Shown here one piece after another: positions 9,142 to 18,379 of a stretch of 62,706 bases of DNA. The stretch is taken from assembly GCA_964490075.1 (NCBI GenBank), contig CAZBBK010000033.1, positions 1 to 62,706 of the forward strand. Reading direction: 5' to 3'. A program made the position numbers and the translations under genes. This DNA is from an uncultured Gemmatimonadota bacterium (GTDB lineage: Bacteria > GCA-2686955). Position 1 is the first letter of the stretch. The number at the start of each line of letters is the position of its first letter. The notes under the pieces were generated by a model, which saw only the letters and a list, made by a program, of their open reading frames with translations, searched no databases and was not told the DNA's origin.

Positions 9142-10418
9142 GCAAGCGCCGCCAGTGGATCTTCATCCCCACCCTCTACTTCCTGGAGGGGCTGCCGTAC
9201 ATCCTGGTGAACACCGTCTCGGTGGTGATGTACAAGAACCTGGGCGTATCCAACGCGCTGATCGGGCTGACCAGCTTCTTCTACCTGCCCTGGGTCATCA
9301 AGATGTTCTGGGGGCCTCTGGTCGACATCGTCTCGACCAAGCGCACCTGGATCGTCGCCACCCAGGCGGCGATCGGAATCGCCCTCTGCCTGCTGGCCGC
9401 CCTGGCGCGGGCCCCGGCGGTCTTCCAGATGTCGCTGGTGCTCTTCACCGCGATCGCCTTTCTGTCGGCGACCCACGACATCGCGGTGGACGGCTACTAC
9501 ATGCTGGCGCTCGATCAGCGGAACCAGGCCTTCTACACCGGGATCCGCGCGACCTTCTACCGCCTGGCGGTGCTCTTCGGCTCCGGGGTGCTGGTGGTAG
9601 TGGCCGGCGTGGTCGGCGACCACTGCGAGGACATTCGCTGGGGATGGACCGCGGCGTTGGCGATCGCGGGGATCATCTTCGCGGTGGGCTGCCTCTTCCA
9701 TCGCTGGTACCTGCCGCGGGTGGAGACCGAGGCCGGCGGCGCGCGCGAGGGCATGGCGAGCGGCCTGGCGCAGCACCTGCGGGAGTTCGCCGAGGTCTTC
9801 CGCACCTACTTTCAGCAGGACAAGGTCGGCGCCCTGGTGGTGTTCATCCTCACCTACCGGCTGGGTGAGGCCTTCTTGACCAAGATGACGGCGCCCTTCC
9901 TGCTCGACGGCGCGCAGGCCGGCGGGCTGGGGCTCAGCACCCAGACGGTGGGATTGGTCCAGGGCACGGTCGGCGTGGCCAGCCTGGTGGTGGGCGGAAT
10001 CGCCGGCGGCTGGCTGATCTCGCGCTACAGCCTGAAGCGGATGATCTGGCCGATGGCGCTGATGCTGAAGGGACCCGACCTGGTCTACGTCTACATGGCC
10101 TATGCCAAACCGGGGCTGGATCTGATCTATCCCCTGATCGCCATCGAGCAGCTCGGCTACGGGCTCGGCTTCACGGCCTTCACCGTGGTGCTGATGTACT
10201 CGGCGGCAGGCAAGTACAAGACCTCTCACTTCGCCATTTCGACCGGCATCATGGCGCTGGGCATGATGGTTCCCGGCATGGTCTCGGGCTACGTCCAGGA
10301 GGCATTGGGCTACGTCGGCTTCTTCTTGCTGGTCATCGGGCTGACCCTTCCCGGCCTGGCGGCGATCGTGTTCCTGCCCCTCGATCGCCTGGAGAAGCGC
10401 GGAGGAGAGGGCGGATGA
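9138..10418 (+). CDS. AmpG-family MFS transporter
   Basis: PTLYFLEGLP, LPWVIKMFWGP, SATHDIAVDG motifs; about 12 TM segments; ATGA overlap with upstream gene. Confidence 0.88.
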   Translation: MSKRRQWIFIPTLYFLEGLPYILVNTVSVVMYKNLGVSNALIGLTSFFYLPWVIKMFWGPLVDIVSTKRTWIVATQAAIGIALCLLAALARAPAVFQMSLVLFTAIAFLSATHDIAVDGYYMLALDQRNQAFYTGIRATFYRLAVLFGSGVLVVVAGVVGDHCEDIRWGWTAALAIAGIIFAVGCLFHRWYLPRVETEAGGAREGMASGLAQHLREFAEVFRTYFQQDKVGALVVFILTYRLGEAFLTKMTAPFLLDGAQAGGLGLSTQTVGLVQGTVGVASLVVGGIAGGWLISRYSLKRMIWPMALMLKGPDLVYVYMAYAKPGLDLIYPLIAIEQLGYGLGFTAFTVVLMYSAAGKYKTSHFAISTGIMALGMMVPGMVSGYVQEALGYVGFFLLVIGLTLPGLAAIVFLPLDRLEKRGGEGG

Positions 10419-11071
10419 CCCGGATCTGGGGGGCGGCGCTGGTAGCGATCCCGTGGGTTTCCCCCCCGCCCTGCATCGACGGCAAGCTCGACGACTCTGC
10501 CTGGGACCGGGCCCCGGCGATCTCGCTGCGCCTGATGGGCAGCGGCGAGCCTCCCTCGCGGCCGACCCGGGCCCGCCTGGCGTGGCGCGCACAGACCCTC
10601 TTCGTGGGCTTCGAGTGCCGCGATGACGAGCCGCGCTCGACGCTGACGATGCGCGACGCGCCGCTCTGGCAGGAGGAGGTGGTCGAGCTCTTCCTCGCCC
10701 CCGACGCGGCGGCGAAGCTCTACCTGGAGATCGAGGTCAACCCCGGCGGCGTCCTGTACGACGCCTGGGTCGACGCGAGCTCGGGGCGGCCGGCGTTGGA
10801 AGGCTCCACCGACTTCGACCTCGATGGCTTGCAATGGGCGGCCGCGCGCTCCGAGAGCGGATGGACGGCGGAGCTGGCGGTGCCTCTCGATCGCCTACCG
10901 CACCCGCGCGCCCCGCGGATGCTGCTCAACTTGACGCGCATCGAACGCCCCGACAGCGCACGCGTCGAGTACCAGACCTGGGCGCCGACGCGGCGCTGGT
11001 TTCACGAGCCGGAGCGCTGGTTGCCGGTGGAGCTCGATCCCGCCCCCAGCCAGGATCACTCGGGTTTCTGA
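10415..11071 (+). CDS. carbohydrate-binding family 9-like (DOMON-like) protein
   Basis: IDGKLDDSAW, LWQEEVVELFL, YLEIEVNPGG, GWTAELAVP; ATGA coupling to the MFS gene. Confidence 0.8.
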   Translation: MTRIWGAALVAIPWVSPPPCIDGKLDDSAWDRAPAISLRLMGSGEPPSRPTRARLAWRAQTLFVGFECRDDEPRSTLTMRDAPLWQEEVVELFLAPDAAAKLYLEIEVNPGGVLYDAWVDASSGRPALEGSTDFDLDGLQWAAARSESGWTAELAVPLDRLPHPRAPRMLLNLTRIERPDSARVEYQTWAPTRRWFHEPERWLPVELDPAPSQDHSGF

Positions 11072-11352
11072 GCCTGTTCCGCGCAGCAGGGATCTTTGCC
11101 TGCCTTGACCGCATCGATGCAGCACTGCTTGGTCAGCTTCTCGCTCTTCTCCGAGCTCTCGGCCTTGGCCTCCTTGCCGAGGGCATGCAGGCATTCGACC
11201 TTTGCCCTGGCGCAGCCGGCCGCGCTCTTGCCCTTGGCGGCGGCGCAGCACTTCGGCTTTAGGGGCGGGTCCTGGCCGGCGAGGGCGGGGGTGAGGGCGA
11301 GAGCGAGACTGAGGGATGCCAGGACCAGGGTCCGGCGCGGTCGAATCGTCAT
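11056..11352 (-). CDS. small secreted cysteine-rich protein
   Basis: AAGGAAG RBS; signal peptide ending ALA; 8 Cys including three CC pairs. Confidence 0.7.
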   Translation of the reverse strand: MTIRPRRTLVLASLSLALALTPALAGQDPPLKPKCCAAAKGKSAAGCARAKVECLHALGKEAKAESSEKSEKLTKQCCIDAVKAGKDPCCAEQAQKPE

Positions 11353-11674
11353 GGGACTTCCTTGTGAAGGGACGACGGAGCCGTGCCCCGCCATATTGCT
11401 GCTCAGTGACCAGGCGACATCTTGGGCCAAGGCCGACGCCCGCGCAAGAACGAAGGCGGGCGCTCGCGAAATCAGCGATCTCCGGTTTGCGTCCGGAAGG
11501 CGCCCGGGTCATGATTGCAGTGCCGTCGATCGACTCCGGACACCCGGTCGATTGACCTGAATGCCGACTGATCTGTATCCGACAGATACGTACAAGGAGA
11601 GCTGAGGTTTCGTGGAGGCTTCGCTGTGCGCCCGGCCTGGTTCGGGAGAGCGGGCCCGGCGGCGAGAGGCTGGA

Positions 11675-12739
11675 ATGAGAATCGCGGTCACCGGTGCCAC
11701 TGGCTTCATCGGACAGCACTTGGTGCGAGCCCTGTTGAGTTCGCAGTGCGAGGTCCGCTGCCTGTGCCGCCGCGTGAGCGGCTACCTGGGGCTGCCGCGC
11801 GTCTCGGCCCTTCCCATGGACCTGCGCCGTCCGTCGGGAATGCTCGGCGTGCTCGAAGGTTGCGATGCGGTGGTGCACCTGGCCGGGATCTTCAAAGAGA
11901 CCCGCTACGACCGTTTCGATACCGTGCTGCGCACGGGCACGGAGTGCCTGCTCTCCGAGGCCCGGCGCTCCAACGTGCGCCGCTTCATCTTCGTCAGCGT
12001 GCGCGGCGCTTCCTCCGACGCCCAGAGCAAGCTGCTGCGGGCCAAGGCGGCCGCCGAGGAGGCGGTGCGCGATAGCCGCTGCGACTGGACCATCGTGCGG
12101 CCCTCGGCCGTGTTCGGCCCCGGGGACCACCTGGTCAACCGCCTGGCGTCGGTGATGCGCCTGCCGCTGATGCCGATCGTCGGCGACGGCACCACCGCCA
12201 TGCAGCCGGTACACGTCGGCGACGCGATCGACAACATCTGCGCCTGCCTGGGCTCGCCCGAGACCATCGGTCAGACCCTCGATCTGCTCGGGCCGGAGCC
12301 GATGCCCTTTCACTCGATCGTCGACACGGTCGAGAGCGCCGGGCGCTTCTTCCGGCGCCCGCGGCTGCACATCAATCCAGCCGCCGCGCGTTTCCTGGCG
12401 CGCTTTCTCTCGGTCGCCCCCGGTCATCTGCTCACCCGCGACCAGGTGGCGCTCTTCACCGACCTGAGGCTGCCCGAGGCGACGATGGCGCCGCCGGTCG
12501 CACCGCGGATCCGCCTGACGGCCGACACGGTGCGCGAGTACCTGTGGCCCGCGGGCTCCAGGAAGCGCAATCCTCGGGCCAAGCAGATCGATCTGCCCGA
12601 CGAGGATGGGGTCGGCTTCCTGATCGGCAATGCAACCCATTCTCGGCTGAGCCTGGTGCGTTCCTGCCCGCCGGTGGAGCCCGAGGAGGGATCGGGCTCA
12701 CCCCCCGGGGACGGGCTGGGCGACGTAGTCGCGAGCTGA
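11675..12739 (+). CDS. NAD(P)-binding atypical SDR (NDUFA9-like epimerase family)
   Basis: MRIAVTGATGFIG, VVHLAG, WTIVRPSAVFGPGD, QPVHVGD. Confidence 0.9.
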   Translation: MRIAVTGATGFIGQHLVRALLSSQCEVRCLCRRVSGYLGLPRVSALPMDLRRPSGMLGVLEGCDAVVHLAGIFKETRYDRFDTVLRTGTECLLSEARRSNVRRFIFVSVRGASSDAQSKLLRAKAAAEEAVRDSRCDWTIVRPSAVFGPGDHLVNRLASVMRLPLMPIVGDGTTAMQPVHVGDAIDNICACLGSPETIGQTLDLLGPEPMPFHSIVDTVESAGRFFRRPRLHINPAAARFLARFLSVAPGHLLTRDQVALFTDLRLPEATMAPPVAPRIRLTADTVREYLWPAGSRKRNPRAKQIDLPDEDGVGFLIGNATHSRLSLVRSCPPVEPEEGSGSPPGDGLGDVVAS

Positions 12740-12813
12740 CGCGGATTGCGGTCCAGGCGTGGTCTTGGACTGCCGATGAATAGGAGTACCACCCGCTCGT
12801 GGAGCTCCGCGTC

Positions 12814-13434
12814 ATGCCGTCCCCGTCCCGCCGCCTCCGGAACCGCCAGACCGGTCGCGCGACGCTTCTGGTGGCAGTGTTGCCCTGGGCCGCCTCGGCG
12901 CTGGGCGGAGGGCTGTCGATGGACGCGCTGTGGATGGAGCACGAGGCGCTTATGGAGGATGTCGAAGTCGAAGGGGCGGCCGTGGTGCTGGCGCGCGGGG
13001 TGTTGTCGGGCGGAACGAGCGAGAGCAGCGTCTTCGTGGAGCGTCTGCGCGCGCAGAGCCGGCGCTCCCAGGGAGTGGTGGTCTCTCCGGTGCTGGATCT
13101 CGGCAGCGCGCTCGGCGCCGAGGCGCTGCGCTCGATCGAGGTGACCTGGTTCGGCGATGCGCCTTCCGGGACCGAGGTCCGCCTGGCGCTGCGCAACGGC
13201 CGCGGCCCCGACCCGGATCCCTCCGCGTGGACCGCCTGGCTGGCGCTCTCGGCCCTTCCCGGCCGCCCGACCCGGGTGGCGCCGGCGGCGGGACGCTACG
13301 CCCAGTGGCGTCTCGATCTGGCCAGCTCGAGCGCCTCGGTGACCCCGCGTGTCACGCGCGTGGTGCTCAGGCCTCTGGCGGCGGGCGGCCAGATCCCGGA
13401 CCCACGGATTCGCCCCGAGACCGATCGACCGTGA
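12814..13434 (+). CDS. hypothetical exported beta-rich protein
   Basis: GGAG RBS, hydrophobic N-terminus, SPVLDLG...W...GT.V...R.G...WTAW...GRYAQWR pattern; GTGA coupling to the next gene. Confidence 0.6.
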   Translation: MPSPSRRLRNRQTGRATLLVAVLPWAASALGGGLSMDALWMEHEALMEDVEVEGAAVVLARGVLSGGTSESSVFVERLRAQSRRSQGVVVSPVLDLGSALGAEALRSIEVTWFGDAPSGTEVRLALRNGRGPDPDPSAWTAWLALSALPGRPTRVAPAAGRYAQWRLDLASSSASVTPRVTRVVLRPLAAGGQIPDPRIRPETDRP

Positions 13435-16400
13435 GCCCCGCCGACCGGCCGACCGGGGAGGGAGCGGTGCCGCCCTCGATGATCCACCTGCCTTGCGGCG
13501 ACTTTTCCGACCGGCGGCGCGTCGAAGGACTGGTGGGCGCGGTCGCCGCGGCCGGCTTCGGATCGATCGCGCTCGAGGCCGCACAGGTCGCTCCCGCGTC
13601 GTTCTGGCCGCGGCTGATCCGAGCCTGCCGGGCTGCGGTGGAACGACCGCTGGAGATCTGGCTGGGGGTGGAGGATCGGGAGCGTCCTGGCGCCATCGCC
13701 GCGCCCGGCGACGAGCACCGGCAACGGATCCTGCGCCTGAGGGAGCGCGACTCGAGCCTGCCCCTGCCGGAGGGGGAAGAGCGCGAGCAGACTCTGGCCT
13801 TCTTGCTGCGCCGCGACGGTCCGGTGCTCCACGAATCGATCTTCATCCCCGTCGGCGGGCGGCAGACCCTCGCCGGTCCCGGCACCACCGTGTTGTTGGT
13901 GGACCAGGTGATCTGTCCCGATCTGGCCGGCCTCGATCGGCGCGGGGCGCTCGATCCGCTCGCGCCCGACGCGGTCGAGGCCTTCGTGAGGGAGCGCTAC
14001 GAGGCCATGCTGGATCGCCCGGAGCTCGTCGGGGCGCGACCCGGCCTGCGCTTGGCGCCCGCTAGCTACCACCTGGGCGACTCGTGCCCCGACCATGCGA
14101 CGGGGCTGCCCTGGATGGCCGGCCTGGCGCAGATCGTTCGCTTGCGACACGGGATCGATCTGCTGGCGCGGCTGCCGGAGCTGCTCTACCGGCGGGCCAA
14201 CGGCCGCCACCAGGAGCTGCGTTGGGCCTATCGAGAGACCCTGACCACCTACTTCGTGCAGAACTTCAGCGGCTACCTGGCGCGCTGGTGCGATCGCCGC
14301 GGGCTGCGCCTGGGGGGCGCCATCGGCCGCGACGCCACGCTCGCCTCGCAGGTGCGCGGCATCGGGGCCGCGATGCGCCACCACGAAGTGATGCACGAGC
14401 CGGCGATCCCTTTCGACCCGCGCGACGGTCCCCTGGCGGCGCTGCAGTTGGCGTCGGTGGCGCGGGCCACGGGGCGCCCCGCGCGGGCGCGGATCGGCCC
14501 CGCGACCGGATGGGGAACACCGCTCGCGGAGCTGCGCCGGCTGGCCGAGAGCGCGCTGGTGCTGGGGATCGACCGTCGCTCTTTCGATTCCGTGGGGTCC
14601 ACGCTGAAGGGGCACCGCAAGCGGGACCGGGCACGCTGCGGCCTGCACCCGGCGGCGCCCGGGTGGCGTCATCTGCCGCTCTTGGAGGCCCATCTTCGCG
14701 CCCTGGGGGAGCTGCTCGAAGAGATGGAGAGCTGTGGCGAGGTGGCGATTCTGCACCCGATCGAAAGCGCCTGGACGGTCGGCTCACCGGGAGAGAAGGC
14801 GCCGCTGGCGGCGCTCGACGACGATCTGGACGCCATTTTGCGTGCCGCCCTCGACGCCCAGGTGCAGGTCGACCTGGTGGACGAGGATCAGCTGGCGCGG
14901 ATCGGCGTGGTCGAGCGGGAGGGCGGGCGGCCGCTGATTCGGATGGGAGGCCACGCCTGCTCGGTGCTGGTGATTCCTCCCGTGCTGCGCCTGCGCGCCA
15001 CCACCCTCGCCGCGGTGCAGCGCCTGCTGGAGCTGAGCGGCCCGGTGCTCGCCGTGCGCCGCGGCGGCTTCGCGGCATCGGGCGTCGATCCGGACACCGC
15101 GGCGCTGCTCTCCGATCAGCGGGCGGCGCCGCTGGCCGCGGCGCAGGTCGCCGAGGTGCTGCCGAAGCGCATCGGGCGCCTGCTGGGCCAGCGCATCGTG
15201 GTGCGCGAGCGGGATTCGGGAGAGCTGGCGCCGGTCTGGCTGCGGCGCGGGCGTCTGCGTGGGCGCGATGCCTGTCTGGTGGTCTCGCGGGCGCCGCGGC
15301 GGGCGCTCGATCTCGCGATCGAGAGCCGGGAGACGCTGCAGCTCTGGGAGCCGGCGAGCGGGGCTCGCGCGGCGCTGCCGGCCCACTCCGGCGGGTTCGC
15401 TCTGCACCTGCCGCCGGGAGCGAGCGCGCTGCTGGTCGCGGCCGGGGCCGACGCTGAGGAGCGCGCGCCGAGCGGTCCCCTGGCCGCCCAAGTGCGCGCT
15501 GATCTGGCGCTGACCCGGGCGCACCTTCCCGAGGAGCCGGGCGCGGAGCTTGCGCGCGAGCGGGAGCTGCCTGATCCGGAGACGATCGAGCTGATCGGCG
15601 CGCGGGCGATCCCGCTCGGGACCACCCGCTGGCGATTGGTTCCGTCCGCGGGTCCCTCTCCCCGGCCCTCCGCCGCCGGCGACGCCCCCAGCTCGGCCGC
15701 GCTCGCCTTCTCCGAACCCTGTCCGGTCAGCGACGCCCAGCGGGCGATTCGGCTGCTCGCCGATCGCCCCTGGGCCTGCGCCGAGGCCGATCGCTGCCTG
15801 CTGCGGATGGACTTCCGGATCGAAAGCCCGCCGCCGGCGCCCGTCGCGCTGGTCGTGGAGTCGATCGAGGGCATGATCGTGCGCTGCAACGGCGCGCGGC
15901 CGCCCCACGCGGCCTCATCGGCGCGGCGCGACCCACCGCTCGACGCGGCGGCGGCGATCGAGGCCGGCGCTTGGCTCGATCCCTCCTTTCTCGCCTTCGA
16001 CGTCACCGAGCTGCTGCGAGAAGGCAGCAACAGCGCCTCGGTAGAGGTCGATCTCGATCCCGAGCTGGAGCTCGAGGCGCCTTTGCTGGTCGGCGCACTC
16101 GTTCTGGCGGGAGACGACCCGAGGATCGCCGCCGCTCCGCGGACGCTGGAGCTGAGAGATCTCTCGACACAGGGGCTGGCCCATCACGTTGGCGAGATCG
16201 TCTACACCTGGACGCTCGAGGGCCCGATCGGCGGCGCGGGCGGGCGGGTGATCCTCGACCTGGTGCCCGGCGAGGAGCCGCCTGGCGGCGCATCCATCGA
16301 AGTGGAGCTGGACGGCGCGGCGATCGGCGCGGCCCCGTGGCGCGGTCACCGCATCGACCTGGAGTCTCGCCTCGCCGCCCCGGGAGCGCACCGGCTCTCG

Positions 16401-16514
16401 GTGCGAGTCTTGGGGCACCTGAAAAACGTGCTCGATCCGGCCGGCCCGGAAGGCGCGCCCCCCCTGCCTTTGGGGCTGCTGCACGCGCCTCGGCTGCTGC
16501 TGCTAAAGGAGTAA
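13431..16514 (+). CDS. GH106-like glycoside hydrolase homologue, degenerate active site
   Basis: Recognisable blocks LPW, WCDRRGL, LASVAR..G, GW, GHRKRD, ILHPIESAW, DLVDEDQL, DLSTQGLAHHVGEIVY. Confidence 0.65.
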   Translation: MSPADRPTGEGAVPPSMIHLPCGDFSDRRRVEGLVGAVAAAGFGSIALEAAQVAPASFWPRLIRACRAAVERPLEIWLGVEDRERPGAIAAPGDEHRQRILRLRERDSSLPLPEGEEREQTLAFLLRRDGPVLHESIFIPVGGRQTLAGPGTTVLLVDQVICPDLAGLDRRGALDPLAPDAVEAFVRERYEAMLDRPELVGARPGLRLAPASYHLGDSCPDHATGLPWMAGLAQIVRLRHGIDLLARLPELLYRRANGRHQELRWAYRETLTTYFVQNFSGYLARWCDRRGLRLGGAIGRDATLASQVRGIGAAMRHHEVMHEPAIPFDPRDGPLAALQLASVARATGRPARARIGPATGWGTPLAELRRLAESALVLGIDRRSFDSVGSTLKGHRKRDRARCGLHPAAPGWRHLPLLEAHLRALGELLEEMESCGEVAILHPIESAWTVGSPGEKAPLAALDDDLDAILRAALDAQVQVDLVDEDQLARIGVVEREGGRPLIRMGGHACSVLVIPPVLRLRATTLAAVQRLLELSGPVLAVRRGGFAASGVDPDTAALLSDQRAAPLAAAQVAEVLPKRIGRLLGQRIVVRERDSGELAPVWLRRGRLRGRDACLVVSRAPRRALDLAIESRETLQLWEPASGARAALPAHSGGFALHLPPGASALLVAAGADAEERAPSGPLAAQVRADLALTRAHLPEEPGAELARERELPDPETIELIGARAIPLGTTRWRLVPSAGPSPRPSAAGDAPSSAALAFSEPCPVSDAQRAIRLLADRPWACAEADRCLLRMDFRIESPPPAPVALVVESIEGMIVRCNGARPPHAASSARRDPPLDAAAAIEAGAWLDPSFLAFDVTELLREGSNSASVEVDLDPELELEAPLLVGALVLAGDDPRIAAAPRTLELRDLSTQGLAHHVGEIVYTWTLEGPIGGAGGRVILDLVPGEEPPGGASIEVELDGAAIGAAPWRGHRIDLESRLAAPGAHRLSVRVLGHLKNVLDPAGPEGAPPLPLGLLHAPRLLLLKE

Positions 16515-16519
16515 CTCCT

Positions 16520-17332
16520 TCAGGACGCCCGCTTGGCCCGAGAGCGCCGGGTCCGCTTGCGCTGCACCACGGGCAGGACCAGGTAGGTACCGCTGCGCGG
16601 ATCGACCTTCAGCTCCACGACCTTCTCGTCCTCCGCGTCCTCGAGCAGCTCGGAGAAGGAGCGATAGCCGGCGGAGGTCTCGTCGAAGGAGGGGCGCAGG
16701 CGTTTCATCGTGTCCTTGACCATCGAGGCGTAGATGATCTCCTTGTTCTCGCGCTGCAGCGCGCCCACGGCCCGAAGTGCCAGCCGGAACATCTCCGTCC
16801 GGTCGTCGGCCGGCTCGGAGTCGGCGGGGGCATCCGGCTTCGCCGGCGCCCGTTCCTCGAGCTGCTCGTAGAAGATGAAGTCGTTGCAGCCCTCGACCAG
16901 CAGCACCGAGGTCGAGTTCTTCATCCCCATGCCGATCACGTGCTTGCCGTTCTCCTTGAGCTTCGCCACCAGGGGCGAGAAATCGGAGTCGCCGCTGACG
17001 ATCACGAAGGTGTTGATGTGGTCCTTCGAGTAGCTCAGGTCCATGGCGTCGACGACCAGGCGGATGTCGGCCGAGTTCTTGCCGCTCATCGTCCGGTGGG
17101 GGATCTCGATCAGCTCCACGCCGTGCTCGTGGAGCGACTTCTTGTGCTTGGAGTAGCGGCCCCAGTCGGCGTAGGCCTTCTTGACCAGGATCTTCCCCTT
17201 CTCGATCATGCGGTCGAGCATCCGCCCGATGTCGAGATCGACCTTGGCGCGCGAAGGGAAGGCCAGCGCCAGGTTCTCGAAGTCGATGAACACGGCGATC
17301 GAGGTCTCGGTTCCGCTCGTCGTTTGCGCCAC
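16520..17332 (-). CDS. NYN (LabA/DUF88) domain protein with C-terminal OST-HTH/LOTUS domain
   Basis: AVFIDFEN, AYADW, GKNSADIRLVVDAM, SGDSDFSPL; C-terminal PSFDETSAGYRSFSELLEDA. Confidence 0.92.
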   Translation of the reverse strand: MAQTTSGTETSIAVFIDFENLALAFPSRAKVDLDIGRMLDRMIEKGKILVKKAYADWGRYSKHKKSLHEHGVELIEIPHRTMSGKNSADIRLVVDAMDLSYSKDHINTFVIVSGDSDFSPLVAKLKENGKHVIGMGMKNSTSVLLVEGCNDFIFYEQLEERAPAKPDAPADSEPADDRTEMFRLALRAVGALQRENKEIIYASMVKDTMKRLRPSFDETSAGYRSFSELLEDAEDEKVVELKVDPRSGTYLVLPVVQRKRTRRSRAKRAS

Positions 17333-17360
17333 GCCTTCTCCTTTTGGTTTCGTCCCTGAG

Positions 17361-17864
17361 CTATCCGCCGTAGAAGACCTTGGGCCCGAGATCCTCGAGC
17401 TTCAGCGTCCTCTGATCGGGGCGACCCTCGATCGGTGCCGCCAGGTGGGCGTCCACCACCTCTGCGATGAAGGTGGAATGGTCGCCGATCTCGACCGATC
17501 GCGCGAGCTTACATTCCAGCGCCGCGGGCGCGCACTCCAGAATCGGCGCCCCCACGCTGCCGGTGCGGAAGCGCTGCCCGCCGATTTCGTCGCCTTCGGG
17601 TTCCCGGTGCTTGAAGAAGGCGGCGGCGACCGATTGCTGGTCGCGGCCCAGGATGTTGAGAGCGAAGCAGCCCGCTTCGCCGATTACCTCGTGGGTCCGG
17701 GACTCCACCTTGACGCCGAGGGCGATCAGCGGCGGCTCGAACGAGGTCTGGGTCACCCAGGTGACGGTGGCGGCGGCCACCCGGCCGCTCGGGGACTTGG
17801 CGGTCAGCACGTAGACGCCGTGCGGGATCATGCGCAACGCCGTGGTCTTCGCTTCCTGATTCAT
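17361..17864 (-). CDS. flavin reductase family protein
   Basis: LRMIPHGVYVLT, QTSFEPPLI, GAPIL, GDHSTFIAEV, terminal FYGG. Confidence 0.92.
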   Translation of the reverse strand: MNQEAKTTALRMIPHGVYVLTAKSPSGRVAAATVTWVTQTSFEPPLIALGVKVESRTHEVIGEAGCFALNILGRDQQSVAAAFFKHREPEGDEIGGQRFRTGSVGAPILECAPAALECKLARSVEIGDHSTFIAEVVDAHLAAPIEGRPDQRTLKLEDLGPKVFYGG

Positions 17865-18057
17865 CTCGACTCCAGGTTTCGTTGGGTTCCGCCGCTCGAC
17901 CAGCTCCTCACCGAAACGAGGCTATGCCCGATTCTCTCCGCCGGCCAGCGATGGACCTTTTCCGTGCCCTGAAGTCAAGCATTCACAAGCGCTTGCGTCG
18001 ACCCCGGCGGACCCGCTCGAGACCCGCGAAAAGACCCGCTCGAGGCCAAAAAAGCAC

Positions 18058-18086
18058 TTGCCAAGCCTTCCCAGCGCGGCTAATCT
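18058..18086 (+). promoter_or_regulatory. putative sigma70 promoter
   Basis: TTGCCA-17 bp-TAATCT preceded by an A-tract and direct repeats GACCCGCTCGAG at 18010-18021 and 18033-18044. Confidence 0.5.
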
Positions 18087-18091
18087 CCTAA

Positions 18092-18310
18092 GTGGTCATA
18101 GGGGGCATTGACACAGTGCAGATGGTCTCGCTCGACGATGCAGGGCCAATCTTCCCTACCTACCTACCTATCACACACATCCCTTCTTTATTGCTCCGGC
18201 CCGCATTGCGCGGCCCATCATACGCTGAGGCTCGAAAGATCTTGGCTTGACCACCCTTGCTCGAGCCTGGGAGGCACCATGGCGAAAGCCATGGTGCCTC
18301 TTTGTTTTTG
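18092..18310 (+). ncRNA. candidate small RNA or attenuator leader
   Basis: Lies between a predicted promoter and a terminator; (CCTA)x4 pyrimidine-rich tract; hairpin 18228-18268; no convincing ORF. Confidence 0.45.
18271..18310 (+). terminator. Rho-independent terminator
   Basis: 13-bp perfect stem GAGGCACCATGGC, GAAA loop, GCCATGGTGCCTC, then TTTGTTTTT. Confidence 0.88.
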
Positions 18311-18379
18311 GGGCGAGGTTCTTCTCGGCTAACCTCTCGGCAGCGAGTCGATCGATCGCCTCAACTGAAGAGCCACGCC

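Noticed and set aside
11560-11675. Possible glycine riboswitch (two GGAGAG motifs)
   Set aside because: Lacks the CCGAAG and CTCTCAGG core elements, and the downstream gene is unrelated to glycine
16520-17332. NYN ribonuclease as a defence toxin
   Set aside because: The NYN-LOTUS architecture is widespread, and no antitoxin or defence neighbours are adjacent
18108-18332. 74-aa ORF in the candidate sRNA region
   Set aside because: No RBS, atypical codon usage, and it runs through the terminator hairpin
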